From: an uncultured Desulfurococcaceae archaeon
GTDB taxonomy: Archaea; Thermoproteota; Thermoprotei_A; Sulfolobales; Desulfurococcaceae
Assembly (NCBI GenBank): GCA_964625205.1
Contig: CAZVAW010000003.1
Coordinates: forward strand, 13,034 to 77,033
Direction: 5' to 3'
DNA: 64,000 bases
In this document: piece after piece, positions 18,355 through 27,683 of the stretch
How positions within the stretch are numbered: position 1 is the first letter of the stretch
Layout: the number at the start of each line of letters is the position of its first letter
Notes under the pieces: model-generated
Database searches by the model: none
Seen by the model: only the letters and a program-made list of their open reading frames with translations
What the model was told of the DNA's origin: nothing
Made by a program: the position numbers and the translations under genes

Positions 18355-18407
18355 TAGTCAATTTTATTTTTGATAATAGACTTCATAATAGATTAGGTGA
18401 TAGTATT

Positions 18408-18827
18408 ATGTCAAGCGTAGTACGCGAATATACTTCTTTCGCAGAATTACTTAAATCTATTGACGAATCATTAAATGTGCTAAAACAACAACTTGCAGAG
18501 TATCTAAGAAGATTAGAGGATATAAGAGCAAGAAGCGAGCAGGAGAAAAAACTTAAGGAATTGCTTAAAAGGCTTACAGGTGAAGAATCGCCTACTACTG
18601 GTAAAGTAATTGATATGCGTGAGGTAAAACTATTTATTAATCCAGATGCTGAACAAGAAGCTAAGCTTCTCGAGGAAATAATTGATCGCATAAACAAGAA
18701 TATACAATCACTACAAAGTATTCGTAAAACATTAGAGCCCTTATCTAATGTCGAAGTTGAGACAAAAATAGTAACAATTTATAGAGAAGGGGTACCAGTA
18801 GCTATTATAATAAAACTTTCCAGCTGA
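18408..18827 (+). CDS. Hypothetical coiled-coil protein
   Basis: ORF with heptad-like charged sequence (LKQQLAEYLRRLEDIRARSEQEKKLKELLKRL). No motif recognised. Confidence 0.45.
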   Translation: MSSVVREYTSFAELLKSIDESLNVLKQQLAEYLRRLEDIRARSEQEKKLKELLKRLTGEESPTTGKVIDMREVKLFINPDAEQEAKLLEEIIDRINKNIQSLQSIRKTLEPLSNVEVETKIVTIYREGVPVAIIIKLSS

Positions 18828-18872
18828 TAACCTACGATTAAATAATTATTAATATAGTAGGAGGCGGGTGCT

Positions 18873-19409
18873 ATGTGTAAGAGTAAATATGATGCTATAG
18901 GGCCGGGTGAGAAAGCGCCTGAGATAGTAAATGTCGTTATAGAGATCCCTATGGGTAGTAATGTAAAATACGAGTTAGATAAAGAAACCGGAGTATTATT
19001 TGTCGATAGAATATTATTTACATCAATGGTCTACCCCTTCAACTATGGATTTGTACCCGGTACTTTAGAAGAAGATGGAGATCCCGTCGACGTCCTTGTA
19101 TTGGGATATGAACCTTTATCGCCTGGTTCGGTGATCAAGGTTCGCCCGATCGGTGTCTTGGAGACTGAAGATGAGAAGGGACGAGATGCAAAGATCGTGG
19201 CAGTACCTATTGAGAAAATAGATCCTCGTTTCGAGAATATAAAAGATATAAATGATCTACCAAGTAATTTTAAAGAGAGAATAGCTCACTTCTTTGAGCA
19301 CTATAAGGAGCTTGAGAAGGGTAAATGGGTTAAAGTGGTTGGTTGGAAGAATAGGGATGAAGCGTTAAAACGTATTGAAGAAGCTATTAAGAGGTATAAA
19401 TCTGGATGA
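18873..19409 (+). CDS. ppa: Inorganic pyrophosphatase (family I)
   Basis: [26 protein letters not shown] and [10 protein letters not shown] motifs. Confidence 0.9.
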   Translation: MCKSKYDAIGPGEKAPEIVNVVIEIPMGSNVKYELDKETGVLFVDRILFTSMVYPFNYGFVPGTLEEDGDPVDVLVLGYEPLSPGSVIKVRPIGVLETEDEKGRDAKIVAVPIEKIDPRFENIKDINDLPSNFKERIAHFFEHYKELEKGKWVKVVGWKNRDEALKRIEEAIKRYKSG

Positions 19410-20083
19410 ACACTTGGTTTTTTACATTAGCTTCGTTTCTTCTCATATCCGTATCGTTGATTAATCCATTATATTATAAAGCTTCTGAAATAAGACCTAC
19501 TGAATTAACGTTTATTGTTGTATTTGAGGGTTCTAATACTAAGTATGAATTAGATACTTTATCTCTACAATGTTTAATTATTCTTAAACTTCATGGCGAT
19601 CGTGTAGAGATTACATTGAAAAACCTAGCTATTGAAAACTTGCCCTCAATAACTATGTATACTGGTAGAGCGGAATTTATTAGAATGCTTGCAAATGAAT
19701 GGGTAGATAGCATTGAATTGTTTAGAAAAATAGGTAATAATACTGGTTTGAAAACATATGTTAGTGTTAATGGGGAGATAGTTGAGGCGTTCATTTTCGA
19801 AGAGACTAATGGTAAGTCTTTCAGGGACCCTAATACTGGTTTGTTTCTCGGCGGCTATCATATTTTCTTACTCAAATTTAAAAGACATGATTATGAAACA
19901 ATATATAGGATTGAATCTACGTCATATCTGATCATGGTAAAACCAGATAGTTTAATGAAGAATCTAAATGTTGTAAACATTAATACGGTACTAGTCACTA
20001 TAGTGTGCCTCGTGTTTTCTATAATAATATCATTTAATGCTATTAAAACTATAATTAGACATAACGAGTATGAAATAGTTTAA
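19406..20083 (+). CDS. Hypothetical protein with N- and C-terminal TM segments
   Basis: The ATG overlaps the ppa stop (ATGA). Hydrophobic N-terminus [15 protein letters not shown] and C-terminal [16 protein letters not shown]. Confidence 0.5.
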   Translation: MNTWFFTLASFLLISVSLINPLYYKASEIRPTELTFIVVFEGSNTKYELDTLSLQCLIILKLHGDRVEITLKNLAIENLPSITMYTGRAEFIRMLANEWVDSIELFRKIGNNTGLKTYVSVNGEIVEAFIFEETNGKSFRDPNTGLFLGGYHIFLLKFKRHDYETIYRIESTSYLIMVKPDSLMKNLNVVNINTVLVTIVCLVFSIIISFNAIKTIIRHNEYEIV

Positions 20084-20153
20084 TTGGTAATGGGTCGTCT
20101 CGGCTCTTCCATCCACATCTTACTTATTCGGTTCCACGGTTTTACTTCATCCC

Positions 20154-21275
20154 CTAAATACCAAGTTTTTCTTCCACTAATTTAGTGATTTCTTCGTGGA
20201 AACGGGTTCGGTTAAAGTATTTAGCTCTTTCACGAGAAGCTATGCTTAGCTTAGACCATAGTTTATCATCATATATTATTTTTGTTAACAATTCTTTTAA
20301 CTCATTATAATCACTATATGATAAAGCTATATTAGCATTTTTTAATGCTACGTCAGTCCATGCACTATTACTTCGTGGTATAATTACTGGTGTTCCTGCC
20401 GCCATGGCTTCGATAATTGTTATTCCAAAATGTTCGCGTGAAGTAAGATGAACATACACGTACGCCTTCCTATATAGTTCGACTAGCTTTATTCTTGGCA
20501 AATCTCGGAGAAAAATAATGTATTTATCAAGATTTCTACGACGTGCTATTTCTTGTATTGAATTAATTAACTTATCCGTATATATGCTAGAAGAACCTGC
20601 ACATATTATCTTCCAGTCTTTTAGCCCAAGCTTTTCCAATACCTCAGCTACAATTAATACTTTGTATGGTTGCTTTTCATATGATAGTCTTGATACAAAT
20701 AATATGATCTTATCTCGTGTAGTCCTTGACAACGGTTTCTTATCTAATATATCTTCGAGGTTAACTGGTGGATAGACTATAACAATATCTTTGTCAATGT
20801 ATTGTTTCAAGTATTTTTTCGTAAAACTGGAGTTAGCAATAACTAGCTTTGTCTTTTTGAAGTATGTTGATTTATAGATTAAGTTAGCGATATAATATAG
20901 GTTAGCGGATAAGGAATACACGCCATGTAAACCAGGATAATAAATCCGGGGTTTAGCAAAAACAGGGAAATGCATATATACGATATCTGCTTTCCCCGAT
21001 AAGAAGTCCCCAGTTAAATTCATGGTAATAGAGTTATTCTTTACACATTTTCCTATATGTATATTAATTAGATCGTGTTCTGGTACTCCATAGAATTCTT
21101 TGATCTTCATTAATAAGTTCCTGGTTTTTTTATGTAGAAGTATAGGATCAAAGCAGACGTTATAGCCTTTCTTTGCAAATGCAATAGCTGTTTCAAAAGC
21201 TACATATAGTGAACCGCCAAACCCGAGTAGCGTTGGCCCGATTACGTTGTATTTAACAATTATGTTTTTAGACAA
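20154..21275 (-). CDS. Glycosyltransferase, GT-B fold (GT4-like)
   Basis: C-terminal E-x7-E region EHFGITIIEAMAAGTPVI and FVSRLSYEKQP. Confidence 0.8.
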   Translation of the reverse strand: MSKNIIVKYNVIGPTLLGFGGSLYVAFETAIAFAKKGYNVCFDPILLHKKTRNLLMKIKEFYGVPEHDLINIHIGKCVKNNSITMNLTGDFLSGKADIVYMHFPVFAKPRIYYPGLHGVYSLSANLYYIANLIYKSTYFKKTKLVIANSSFTKKYLKQYIDKDIVIVYPPVNLEDILDKKPLSRTTRDKIILFVSRLSYEKQPYKVLIVAEVLEKLGLKDWKIICAGSSSIYTDKLINSIQEIARRRNLDKYIIFLRDLPRIKLVELYRKAYVYVHLTSREHFGITIIEAMAAGTPVIIPRSNSAWTDVALKNANIALSYSDYNELKELLTKIIYDDKLWSKLSIASRERAKYFNRTRFHEEITKLVEEKLGI

Positions 21276-21301
21276 AGCCTAAACCCTATTCAAAGACAAT
21301 T

Positions 21302-22336
21302 CTACTTCTTCTCGGGCAATACTATTGCGTTCCACCCTCTTTTTCTAAGTTCTTTGGCAAAAGTGTATGGGTAGCCTTCTCGTGAACCATCAACAATTAC
21401 TAGTTCTGGTTGCGATTTTTCCACATACTCTATTAACTCATCGAAATCAGCGTGATCACTAAATGCTGCAAGCCAAGTGTATTCGTCTATTTTCTTGATC
21501 GGTTCACTGTGTTCGTGGCCGCTTAAAATAATATTTAAAGCTCTACCATCTAGTCTCCTATACTTAGCTTTAACCATATGTTCAAATAACAAGTACTTCT
21601 CTGAACGCATTATCTCACGAGCTTCTCTAGTATTTATGTTGTAATAGTTTCCTATACTCCAACCGTATTTCTCCGCTATCCTCGTTATAGCATATATTTT
21701 CTTATTCATAAGAAAAGGTTCTCTTATACCCTTTTCACGTAATATCCTCATGATCTCTTGTAGTTTACCATAATAACCATATACTATTATCTTATCATAT
21801 TTCCTTAACCCATCAATCACTACATCAAGAACTAGATCGATTACATCATTTTTGAATGGCCTCCTACAACTGGGGCTTCCATAAGTAGCTTCTATTATTA
21901 GGATATCGGGTGATTTTATAACATCGGTTTTATCGCCCATTTTAAAATCGCTTGTGTACCCGATAACGTATCCATTATAGCTAACCTTAACTTGTGCCGA
22001 GCCTAGTATATGCGTTGATGGGATAAGCTGTATAGCGTGGTTGTAAAATGTTTTCTCAACATAGTATTCTAGTTGAACTTTTTTACGCTTATATAGATGT
22101 GAATGGTTTCTCCCCACATACCCTAGCTCGACTAGGAGATCATGTGTCGCGGGTGTAGCTACTATATAGTTTGAGTAATAAATACTATCTTTCAAACCAC
22201 CAACGTGGTCGGAGTGAGCATGTGTTATTACTCGAACCTTACGTTGAGCAAAACCATCAATTGTTATCTCATCACCGACCAGGATTGCTTTTGTCTTATC
22301 AATAATATTCACTATTTTATCGTATCTCAACTCCAA
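21302..22336 (-). CDS. Metallo-beta-lactamase/beta-CASP nuclease, SNM1/PSO2-like minimal form
   Basis: ITIDGF...VITHAHSDHVGGL (HxHxDH), PSTHILGSA, YTSDF, LIIEATYG and FSDHADFDELIEYV...ELVIVDG. TTG start. Confidence 0.65.
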   Translation of the reverse strand: MELRYDKIVNIIDKTKAILVGDEITIDGFAQRKVRVITHAHSDHVGGLKDSIYYSNYIVATPATHDLLVELGYVGRNHSHLYKRKKVQLEYYVEKTFYNHAIQLIPSTHILGSAQVKVSYNGYVIGYTSDFKMGDKTDVIKSPDILIIEATYGSPSCRRPFKNDVIDLVLDVVIDGLRKYDKIIVYGYYGKLQEIMRILREKGIREPFLMNKKIYAITRIAEKYGWSIGNYYNINTREAREIMRSEKYLLFEHMVKAKYRRLDGRALNIILSGHEHSEPIKKIDEYTWLAAFSDHADFDELIEYVEKSQPELVIVDGSREGYPYTFAKELRKRGWNAIVLPEKK

Positions 22337-22393
22337 AAAACGGCACCTATCATCGCTTCTTCTCTAAAACTATATTTATAACCACGTTTGCAT

Positions 22394-23086
22394 CTACTTA
22401 AAATATTCCTTGCTCGCTGGTAACCATTTCTTCTGTCTAGGATCATAGTATATTAGTGACTCTTCCTTCAATTTCATAAATAACTCGTAGCCCGGACTAC
22501 CCAGTATTTTCCTTATTGCTTCCTCATTACTTGTATTTAGTTCTTCAAACAACTTCTTCTTAAATTCTTCCCAGTAATCTGGGTCTACGGCTACACGTTC
22601 TTTACTTAAAGGCAGTATTACAGCTCCCTCACGTTCTAGATAGTTAAAGAAGCGATCTCTTCTAAGCCTTGGCGGCAGGTTACTTTCAAAAACAACTTTT
22701 TCTTCACGTAATCTCTCGATCCCGGTTTTCCTAGTTGCTTGTTTAGGTTTTACACTTGGTTGTTGCTCTAACTGCTTCTTTAAGCCGTCGATCTCCATGG
22801 ATAATTGTTCTATTCTTTCCTGGAGCTCAGCTATTTTTCCGCGTATCTCATTTATAAGCATTAAATATTTACTGGTTTCATCCTGCACTATACGTTCTAT
22901 CCGTGGCTTTAGCTTTTTGATAATATGATTAAGAGATACTGGTTCTTCTCCTGCAATAGATCTCTTGATTAAGTAAATGATATAATCAGTAATGATTGAG
23001 TAACCCTCTTTTTCCGCTTGCTCAACCAGCTTCTTATAGGTTTCTTCGTCTAATTCTATCGTAATTTTCCTCGTCTTAATAACCAC
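22394..23086 (-). CDS. Hypothetical protein: ribbon-helix-helix-like N-terminus plus coiled coil
   Basis: KITIELDEETYKKLVEQAEKEGYSIITDYIIYLIKRS resembles a CopG/RHH domain. Followed by EIRGKIAELQERIEQLSMEIDGLKKQLEQ. Confidence 0.5.
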   Translation of the reverse strand: MVIKTRKITIELDEETYKKLVEQAEKEGYSIITDYIIYLIKRSIAGEEPVSLNHIIKKLKPRIERIVQDETSKYLMLINEIRGKIAELQERIEQLSMEIDGLKKQLEQQPSVKPKQATRKTGIERLREEKVVFESNLPPRLRRDRFFNYLEREGAVILPLSKERVAVDPDYWEEFKKKLFEELNTSNEEAIRKILGSPGYELFMKLKEESLIYYDPRQKKWLPASKEYFK

Positions 23087-23185
23087 TTAAACCACACCTA
23101 ATATGATAATGTAGTTGTAACATTCTATAAAGTATTAGGGTTGTTATGCGATTTCCTTATTAGTCTGTAGAACTTCTAATTGTCT

Positions 23186-23245
23186 ATTGATGATGAAGCC
23201 CCTACTCTTAGATCGGTGATAGGGTCCTCCCGAACTACTGATTCA
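23186..23245 (+). ncRNA. C/D-box sRNA candidate in the TatD leader
   Basis: C ATGATGA 23190-23196, GC-rich guide AGCCCCTACTCT, degenerate internal boxes (GTGATAG 23216-23222), D CTGA 23238-23241. C-to-D span is 52 nt. Ends 13-17 nt before ATG 23259. Confidence 0.45.
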
Positions 23246-23258
23246 CGCGTGATATACT

Positions 23259-24110
23259 ATGCTCTATGCTGATGCACATTGTCATTCTAACCCTGTAAAA
23301 GGTTTGGGTGCTGAAAAAATAGCAAAGAAGTTTCGTAGGCATAATGGATGGTTTATAGCTCTCGTAGCTCTTCCGCCCTATCACTATGGTTTAACTGGGG
23401 GTTCTATAGAAGATTATGAAAAAGTCTTGGAGATTATGGTTTTGGAGAAGAAAAGAGTTATAGAAAATGATTTAAAGGCTAAGTTATTCGCTGGTTTTCA
23501 CCCAGCTGAGGTCGACGAGTATTTTCGCCGTGGAATAAGTCTTGAGAAAATAATTAAACTTGCCGAGGAGGTGTTACGTCTTATTATTAAATACTATGAG
23601 AAGGGATTGGTTGACGGTATAGGCGAGGTTGGTCGCCAACACTATAGTACTTCTCCACCACGCTATGTTACCTCGGAGCTTATAATGTTAAAAGCATTGA
23701 CTTTAGCACGTGACTATGACATACCTATTCATTTACATTTAGAACAAGGAGGTTATACTACGGTATCTTCTATTGAATTATTTATTAGCTCCTTAGATAT
23801 TCCGAGAGATAAAGTATTGTTTCACCACGTAGATCGTGATACTGGGATTTGGTGTGAGAAAAAAAGATTTTGGCATACAATACCAGCTAAACCTAAGGAT
23901 CTAGAGCATGGATTAACCAGTGGGCGTGCAAGGGTTTTGGTAGAGTCTGATTTTATAGATGATCCTAGGAGGCCCGGCGTGTCTAGTTATCCATGGGATA
24001 TAGCTTTGAATATTGAGAAGCTTATCAATAAAGGAGTAGTCAGTGAAGAATATATTTATAGGGTTATGGTTGATCATGTCGTGAAGTTTTATGGTGTAGA
24101 ACCCCCTTAA
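23259..24110 (+). CDS. TatD-family metal-dependent hydrolase
   Basis: MLYADAHCHSNP (HxH), GIGEVG, IPIHLHLEQ and VESDF motifs. Confidence 0.75.
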   Translation: MLYADAHCHSNPVKGLGAEKIAKKFRRHNGWFIALVALPPYHYGLTGGSIEDYEKVLEIMVLEKKRVIENDLKAKLFAGFHPAEVDEYFRRGISLEKIIKLAEEVLRLIIKYYEKGLVDGIGEVGRQHYSTSPPRYVTSELIMLKALTLARDYDIPIHLHLEQGGYTTVSSIELFISSLDIPRDKVLFHHVDRDTGIWCEKKRFWHTIPAKPKDLEHGLTSGRARVLVESDFIDDPRRPGVSSYPWDIALNIEKLINKGVVSEEYIYRVMVDHVVKFYGVEPP

Positions 24111-24297
24111 CCGTTCCGGCATATAGTGTTTTCTCGTCAATAAACCTATTGTCTTCTTTCCTTAAAACGTGAATATAGATCTTATTATTCTCGTCACATG
24201 CTGTTATCATATTTTTAACCTCGTTAATTAGTTCATTAAAATTTTCTGCTTTGACTACTAGGTCTAAGCATTTAACTATTTTTACTCTATACCACAT
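24064..24297 (-). CDS. Hypothetical small protein
   Basis: 77-codon ORF whose 3' end overlaps the convergent TatD 3' end by 47 nt. No motif recognised. Confidence 0.3.
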   Translation of the reverse strand: MWYRVKIVKCLDLVVKAENFNELINEVKNMITACDENNKIYIHVLRKEDNRFIDEKTLYAGTVKGVLHHKTSRHDQP

Positions 24298-24345
24298 AGT
24301 ATCTACACCTAGGAATAATCTATAATTAGATGGGGTTTATCGTCT

Positions 24346-24615
24346 TTGAGTTGTAACATATGCGAAGTCAAACCAGCTAAATATACATGCAGTGTTTGTG
24401 GTAGACGGGTTTGTGAGGAAGATTATGTATTTGAAAAAAAGATATGCAAGGTATGTGCCGAGACTTTATGTGAAATATGTAGAAAATACCCATCTATTGG
24501 TTATTGTTCATCATGTGGTAGACTTGGATGTGAAGATTGCTTAGTACAAGTCACGCCAGTTTCTTATATTTGTCGATATTGTTTAAGAGAGAAAGGTGGT
24601 AAAGATGGGGTTTAA
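24346..24615 (+). CDS. Cys-rich multi-zinc-ribbon protein (seven CxxC pairs)
   Basis: CNIC..CSVC..C..CKVC..CEIC..YCSSCGRLGCEDC..CRYC. TTG start. Confidence 0.6.
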   Translation: MSCNICEVKPAKYTCSVCGRRVCEEDYVFEKKICKVCAETLCEICRKYPSIGYCSSCGRLGCEDCLVQVTPVSYICRYCLREKGGKDGV

Positions 24616-25603
24616 AGCGGGTAAATTACCATGGAATTTTCTCTCAAAATTATTAGCTATGTTACCTACTAGTGATATAGACTTAATAATGGGGCCAGGG
24701 GTCGGCGAGGATGCTGCTGTTATAAGATTTAAGGATGGTTTTCTCGTAATTCATACTGATCCAATAACTGCTGCGTCGAGGAGAATTGGTTGGCTTGCCA
24801 TACATATAGCTGCCAATGATATAGCTGTTCGTGGTGTTAAACCTAGATGGTTTTTGCCAGTAGTGCTTTTACCAGAGAATATCAGCGAGGATGAAATTAC
24901 TAGTATCTTCAAGGATATGGGAGAGGCTTTGAATGAGATTGATGGTATAGTAGTCGGCGGCCATACCGAGGTTACTCCGGGGCTTGATAGACCTATTATA
25001 ACGGTTACAGCGGCTGGTTATACGAGTGGCCGTGTAATACTAACGAGAGACGCTAAACCGGGGGATGAGATCTTAATTGTTGGGGATATAGGTGCCGAGG
25101 GTGTTAGTGTTGTTGCATGGGATTTCCCTGATCTACTGCTTAATAGAGGAGTTATAAAACATGTTGTGGATAAAGCTAAAGATTATCTATGGCATATTAG
25201 TGTTGTTGATAAAGCATTAACTATTAAGGAATATGTTAACACAATGCACGATCCAACTGAAGGGGGGATTCTACAGGGTCTTAGGGAAATAGCTCTTGCT
25301 AGTAATACCTCGATAGTATTAGATCTTGATAATATAGTATTAAATGATATAGTATTGACTATAACCAAGGCTCTAGACCTTGATCCGCTTAAAATACTTA
25401 GTAGTGGTACATTAATAGCTACTGTACCAGCCGAGAATAAGGAAATTGTTAAAGAGAGGCTCGAAGAAAAAAGATATCCATACATGTTTTGTGGTTATGT
25501 GGAAAAAGGCGAGCGTGGAAAAGTTTTTCTAAGGAGAAACGGTAATATAGTGAGTGTTATTGATAACGATATTATCGATGAAATATATAAGCTATGGGGT
25601 TAG
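24605..25603 (+). CDS. AIR-synthase-related (PurM/ThiL/HypE/SelD superfamily) protein
   Basis: GPGVGEDAAVIRFKDGFLVIHTDPIT, ANDIAVRG and VGGHTEV motifs. The track ORF opens at GTG 24596. Confidence 0.8.
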   Translation: MGFKAGKLPWNFLSKLLAMLPTSDIDLIMGPGVGEDAAVIRFKDGFLVIHTDPITAASRRIGWLAIHIAANDIAVRGVKPRWFLPVVLLPENISEDEITSIFKDMGEALNEIDGIVVGGHTEVTPGLDRPIITVTAAGYTSGRVILTRDAKPGDEILIVGDIGAEGVSVVAWDFPDLLLNRGVIKHVVDKAKDYLWHISVVDKALTIKEYVNTMHDPTEGGILQGLREIALASNTSIVLDLDNIVLNDIVLTITKALDLDPLKILSSGTLIATVPAENKEIVKERLEEKRYPYMFCGYVEKGERGKVFLRRNGNIVSVIDNDIIDEIYKLWG

Positions 25604-25634
25604 CCTAAGAGTAAATCATCGAGTGGTGAAGCAT

Positions 25635-26162
25635 ATGGTTGCTAAAGACTTATTACTCGAAGCGAGAAATATGTTTTTAACTGCATCCACACGTATAGAG
25701 GATCGCGTGTTAAGTCAAGCTGAGAAATTAAAAGCTGAGACAATAAGCTTAGTATCAAGGGTGAGAGATCTATTAAGTAAATTATCAGAAGTAATGGGGG
25801 GTTTAGCGGATAAAATAGGTGATAAAGTAGGTGATGAAGGAGTCTATAGTCTTGGTAAATATCTCTATATAGTGTTTCATAAAAATGGATTTGTACTAGT
25901 ACGTACTAGGCCATTCTACCTAGTATTATCGTATGATAAAAACTCTGGAAAACTAAGTGTTAAGTCAAAAAACATAGTAGCTGATATAACCTCATCTGAG
26001 TTCAACGCTGTATTCCTAGCAGTAAAAGCGTCAATCAAGATCGATAATGTGAAGGACTATATATCGCAACAAAACGAGCTTAGATACATTATGAAGAAAT
26101 TCGGGAGAATAGTAGAACAGTACCTGATCCCGATCATAGAGGCTAGATTAAAAACTATTTAG
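25635..26162 (+). CDS. Hypothetical protein
   Basis: ATG 25635 behind GGTGA. The track ORF from 25554 would overlap the previous gene by 50 nt. No motif recognised. Confidence 0.45.
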   Translation: MVAKDLLLEARNMFLTASTRIEDRVLSQAEKLKAETISLVSRVRDLLSKLSEVMGGLADKIGDKVGDEGVYSLGKYLYIVFHKNGFVLVRTRPFYLVLSYDKNSGKLSVKSKNIVADITSSEFNAVFLAVKASIKIDNVKDYISQQNELRYIMKKFGRIVEQYLIPIIEARLKTI

Positions 26163-26201
26163 AAAAAAATTTACGAGAAAAGCATGGTCTTATATAGTGT
26201 T

Positions 26202-26843
26202 TTACACAGCTTCTTCTGATTTCGCTTCTTCCTCGGTTGCAAGTATCTTTGGTAGCTCTGCGTATTTCTCCTTCACAGCGTGTTCGGCAGCAATCTTGGC
26301 CTCCTCCAATACTTTACGGGCCTCAGCATCTAATCCTACGTCTAATTCAACCTCCCAACCAGCTACGCCAGTACCCATTGCTGATTCTAGCTCGCGTATT
26401 GTAGCATATAGTTCAACCCAAGCCTCGGAGCCAACTGATCTTGTGAGATTTACGGCTTCACGCATAATATTGATTATTGGTATTAACTCTTTGGTAGCTC
26501 CACCAAATATGAGGAATGTCTCTAGTTTTAACGCTACTTGCTCTAACGCGTACTTAGCCGTGATTAGTTGTTTTGAGATCCTCCTGATCTCTGCTACCTC
26601 TCTAGCGTACATCTTAGCTCTTTTCTCATCTTTCTTCATTAATGCTTCAACAATGCTTTGAAATAATTCACGATCTCTCTGCTCTAGCTTATCTAAATAA
26701 CTATTTATCCTACCAAGGCTAGTCTTAACTCTATAGTGGGCTAATATGATCTTTTTATCAATAGGCTCATTATTGCTTTTAAACCAAGACTTTATTTTCT
26801 CGCCAATAGTTTCTTCACGCCTACCGAAGCCCTCATTAATCAT
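26202..26843 (-). CDS. ESCRT-III (Snf7/CdvB-like) protein
   Basis: Helical hairpin pattern: YLDKLEQRDRELFQSIVEALMKKDEKRAKMYAREVAEIRRISKQL ... LETFLIFG ... IINIMREA, with an acidic C-terminus. Confidence 0.65.
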   Translation of the reverse strand: MINEGFGRREETIGEKIKSWFKSNNEPIDKKIILAHYRVKTSLGRINSYLDKLEQRDRELFQSIVEALMKKDEKRAKMYAREVAEIRRISKQLITAKYALEQVALKLETFLIFGGATKELIPIINIMREAVNLTRSVGSEAWVELYATIRELESAMGTGVAGWEVELDVGLDAEARKVLEEAKIAAEHAVKEKYAELPKILATEEEAKSEEAV

Positions 26844-26928
26844 ACCTAAACACCTATTCAGTTAATCTCTAGTAGTTATGGTTAAAAAGGCGTGGACATA
26901 ATCATATTGGATAGTTAGGGTTAACAAG

Positions 26929-27285
26929 GTGATCAATATGACTACGGCAAGGCAAGGCTTTATTGTGAATAAGTTACTGGAGAAAGGAGGTGTAGTAAAT
27001 AAAGTAGCTGCTAATTATGTAAAAGCAGGTTTTAGCGTTAAAGTAAACCCTAGTATTAAGAACGTTGACTTAATAGCTACTAGGGGAGGTGAACGCTATT
27101 GCATCAAAGTATTATGGGAGAAGAAAACCTATGGTGAAAAACAGCTAACTGGTTTCATAGAATCATGTACAAAGATCGGGTATAATCCAGTAATTATATT
27201 GTATGGATCTGGGCCTCGACTAGACCCTGGGTTTTTAGATAAGCATAAGGATATTAAAGTAAGGAGAATCAGGTTCAAGGGTTAA
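26929..27285 (+). CDS. Hypothetical small protein, weak restriction-endonuclease-fold resemblance
   Basis: AGFSVKVNPSIKNVDLIATRGGERYCIKVLWEKK resembles a (P)D...(E)xK core, but the catalytic residues are not clearly placed. Confidence 0.4.
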   Translation: MINMTTARQGFIVNKLLEKGGVVNKVAANYVKAGFSVKVNPSIKNVDLIATRGGERYCIKVLWEKKTYGEKQLTGFIESCTKIGYNPVIILYGSGPRLDPGFLDKHKDIKVRRIRFKG

Positions 27286-27290
27286 TAACC

Positions 27291-27575
27291 ATGGATAACG
27301 AGAGTTTAGCACTTGAGCAATATATTATGTGTAGAGAAAACTGCCCTTTATACTATCTTGAAGCCTTGGCTATGAATGGGCTTGCAAAGAAAGCTTATAT
27401 CGAGGATTGTGACAGAGCTAATTTTAAGAGAATAGTGTTGATCCTAGTAAATGACGAGAAAATTATAAGCGAATGTAGATATTATGAGGAAGTAGTCCAA
27501 AGCCTACGGATCATAAACGTGTATATCGGTTTCAAAAGGAGATTCGAAAAAGAAATTAAACATAAGAAACCTTAA
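27291..27575 (+). CDS. Hypothetical small protein
   Basis: ORF only; starts 5 nt after the previous gene. Confidence 0.35.
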   Translation: MDNESLALEQYIMCRENCPLYYLEALAMNGLAKKAYIEDCDRANFKRIVLILVNDEKIISECRYYEEVVQSLRIINVYIGFKRRFEKEIKHKKP

Positions 27576-27584
27576 TTCTACTAC

Positions 27585-27650
27585 TTGGATGATGACTGGT
27601 ATTACCGATGAACCCTGCTTGGTTGTGATTAAGCCCCTAAAACTGACTTT
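27585..27650 (+). ncRNA. C/D-box sRNA candidate
   Basis: C ATGATGA 27589-27595, 12-nt guide, D'-like ATGA 27608-27611, C'-like GTGATTA 27625-27631, guide AGCCCCTAAAA, D CTGA 27643-27646. Confidence 0.45.
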
Positions 27651-27683
27651 GAACTCTAGACATTAATAGGGTGAACCCATATA

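Noticed and set aside
20084-20153. Relatively GC-rich 70-nt convergent gap with a GGATGAAG C-box-like motif on the minus strand.
   Set aside because: No CTGA D box at the right distance (only CCGA/AGAC) and no convincing C'/D' pair. Not reported as an sRNA.
26197-26661. 154-aa plus-strand ORF.
   Set aside because: It is antisense to the ESCRT-III gene and gives a Ser/Ala-rich nonsense translation.
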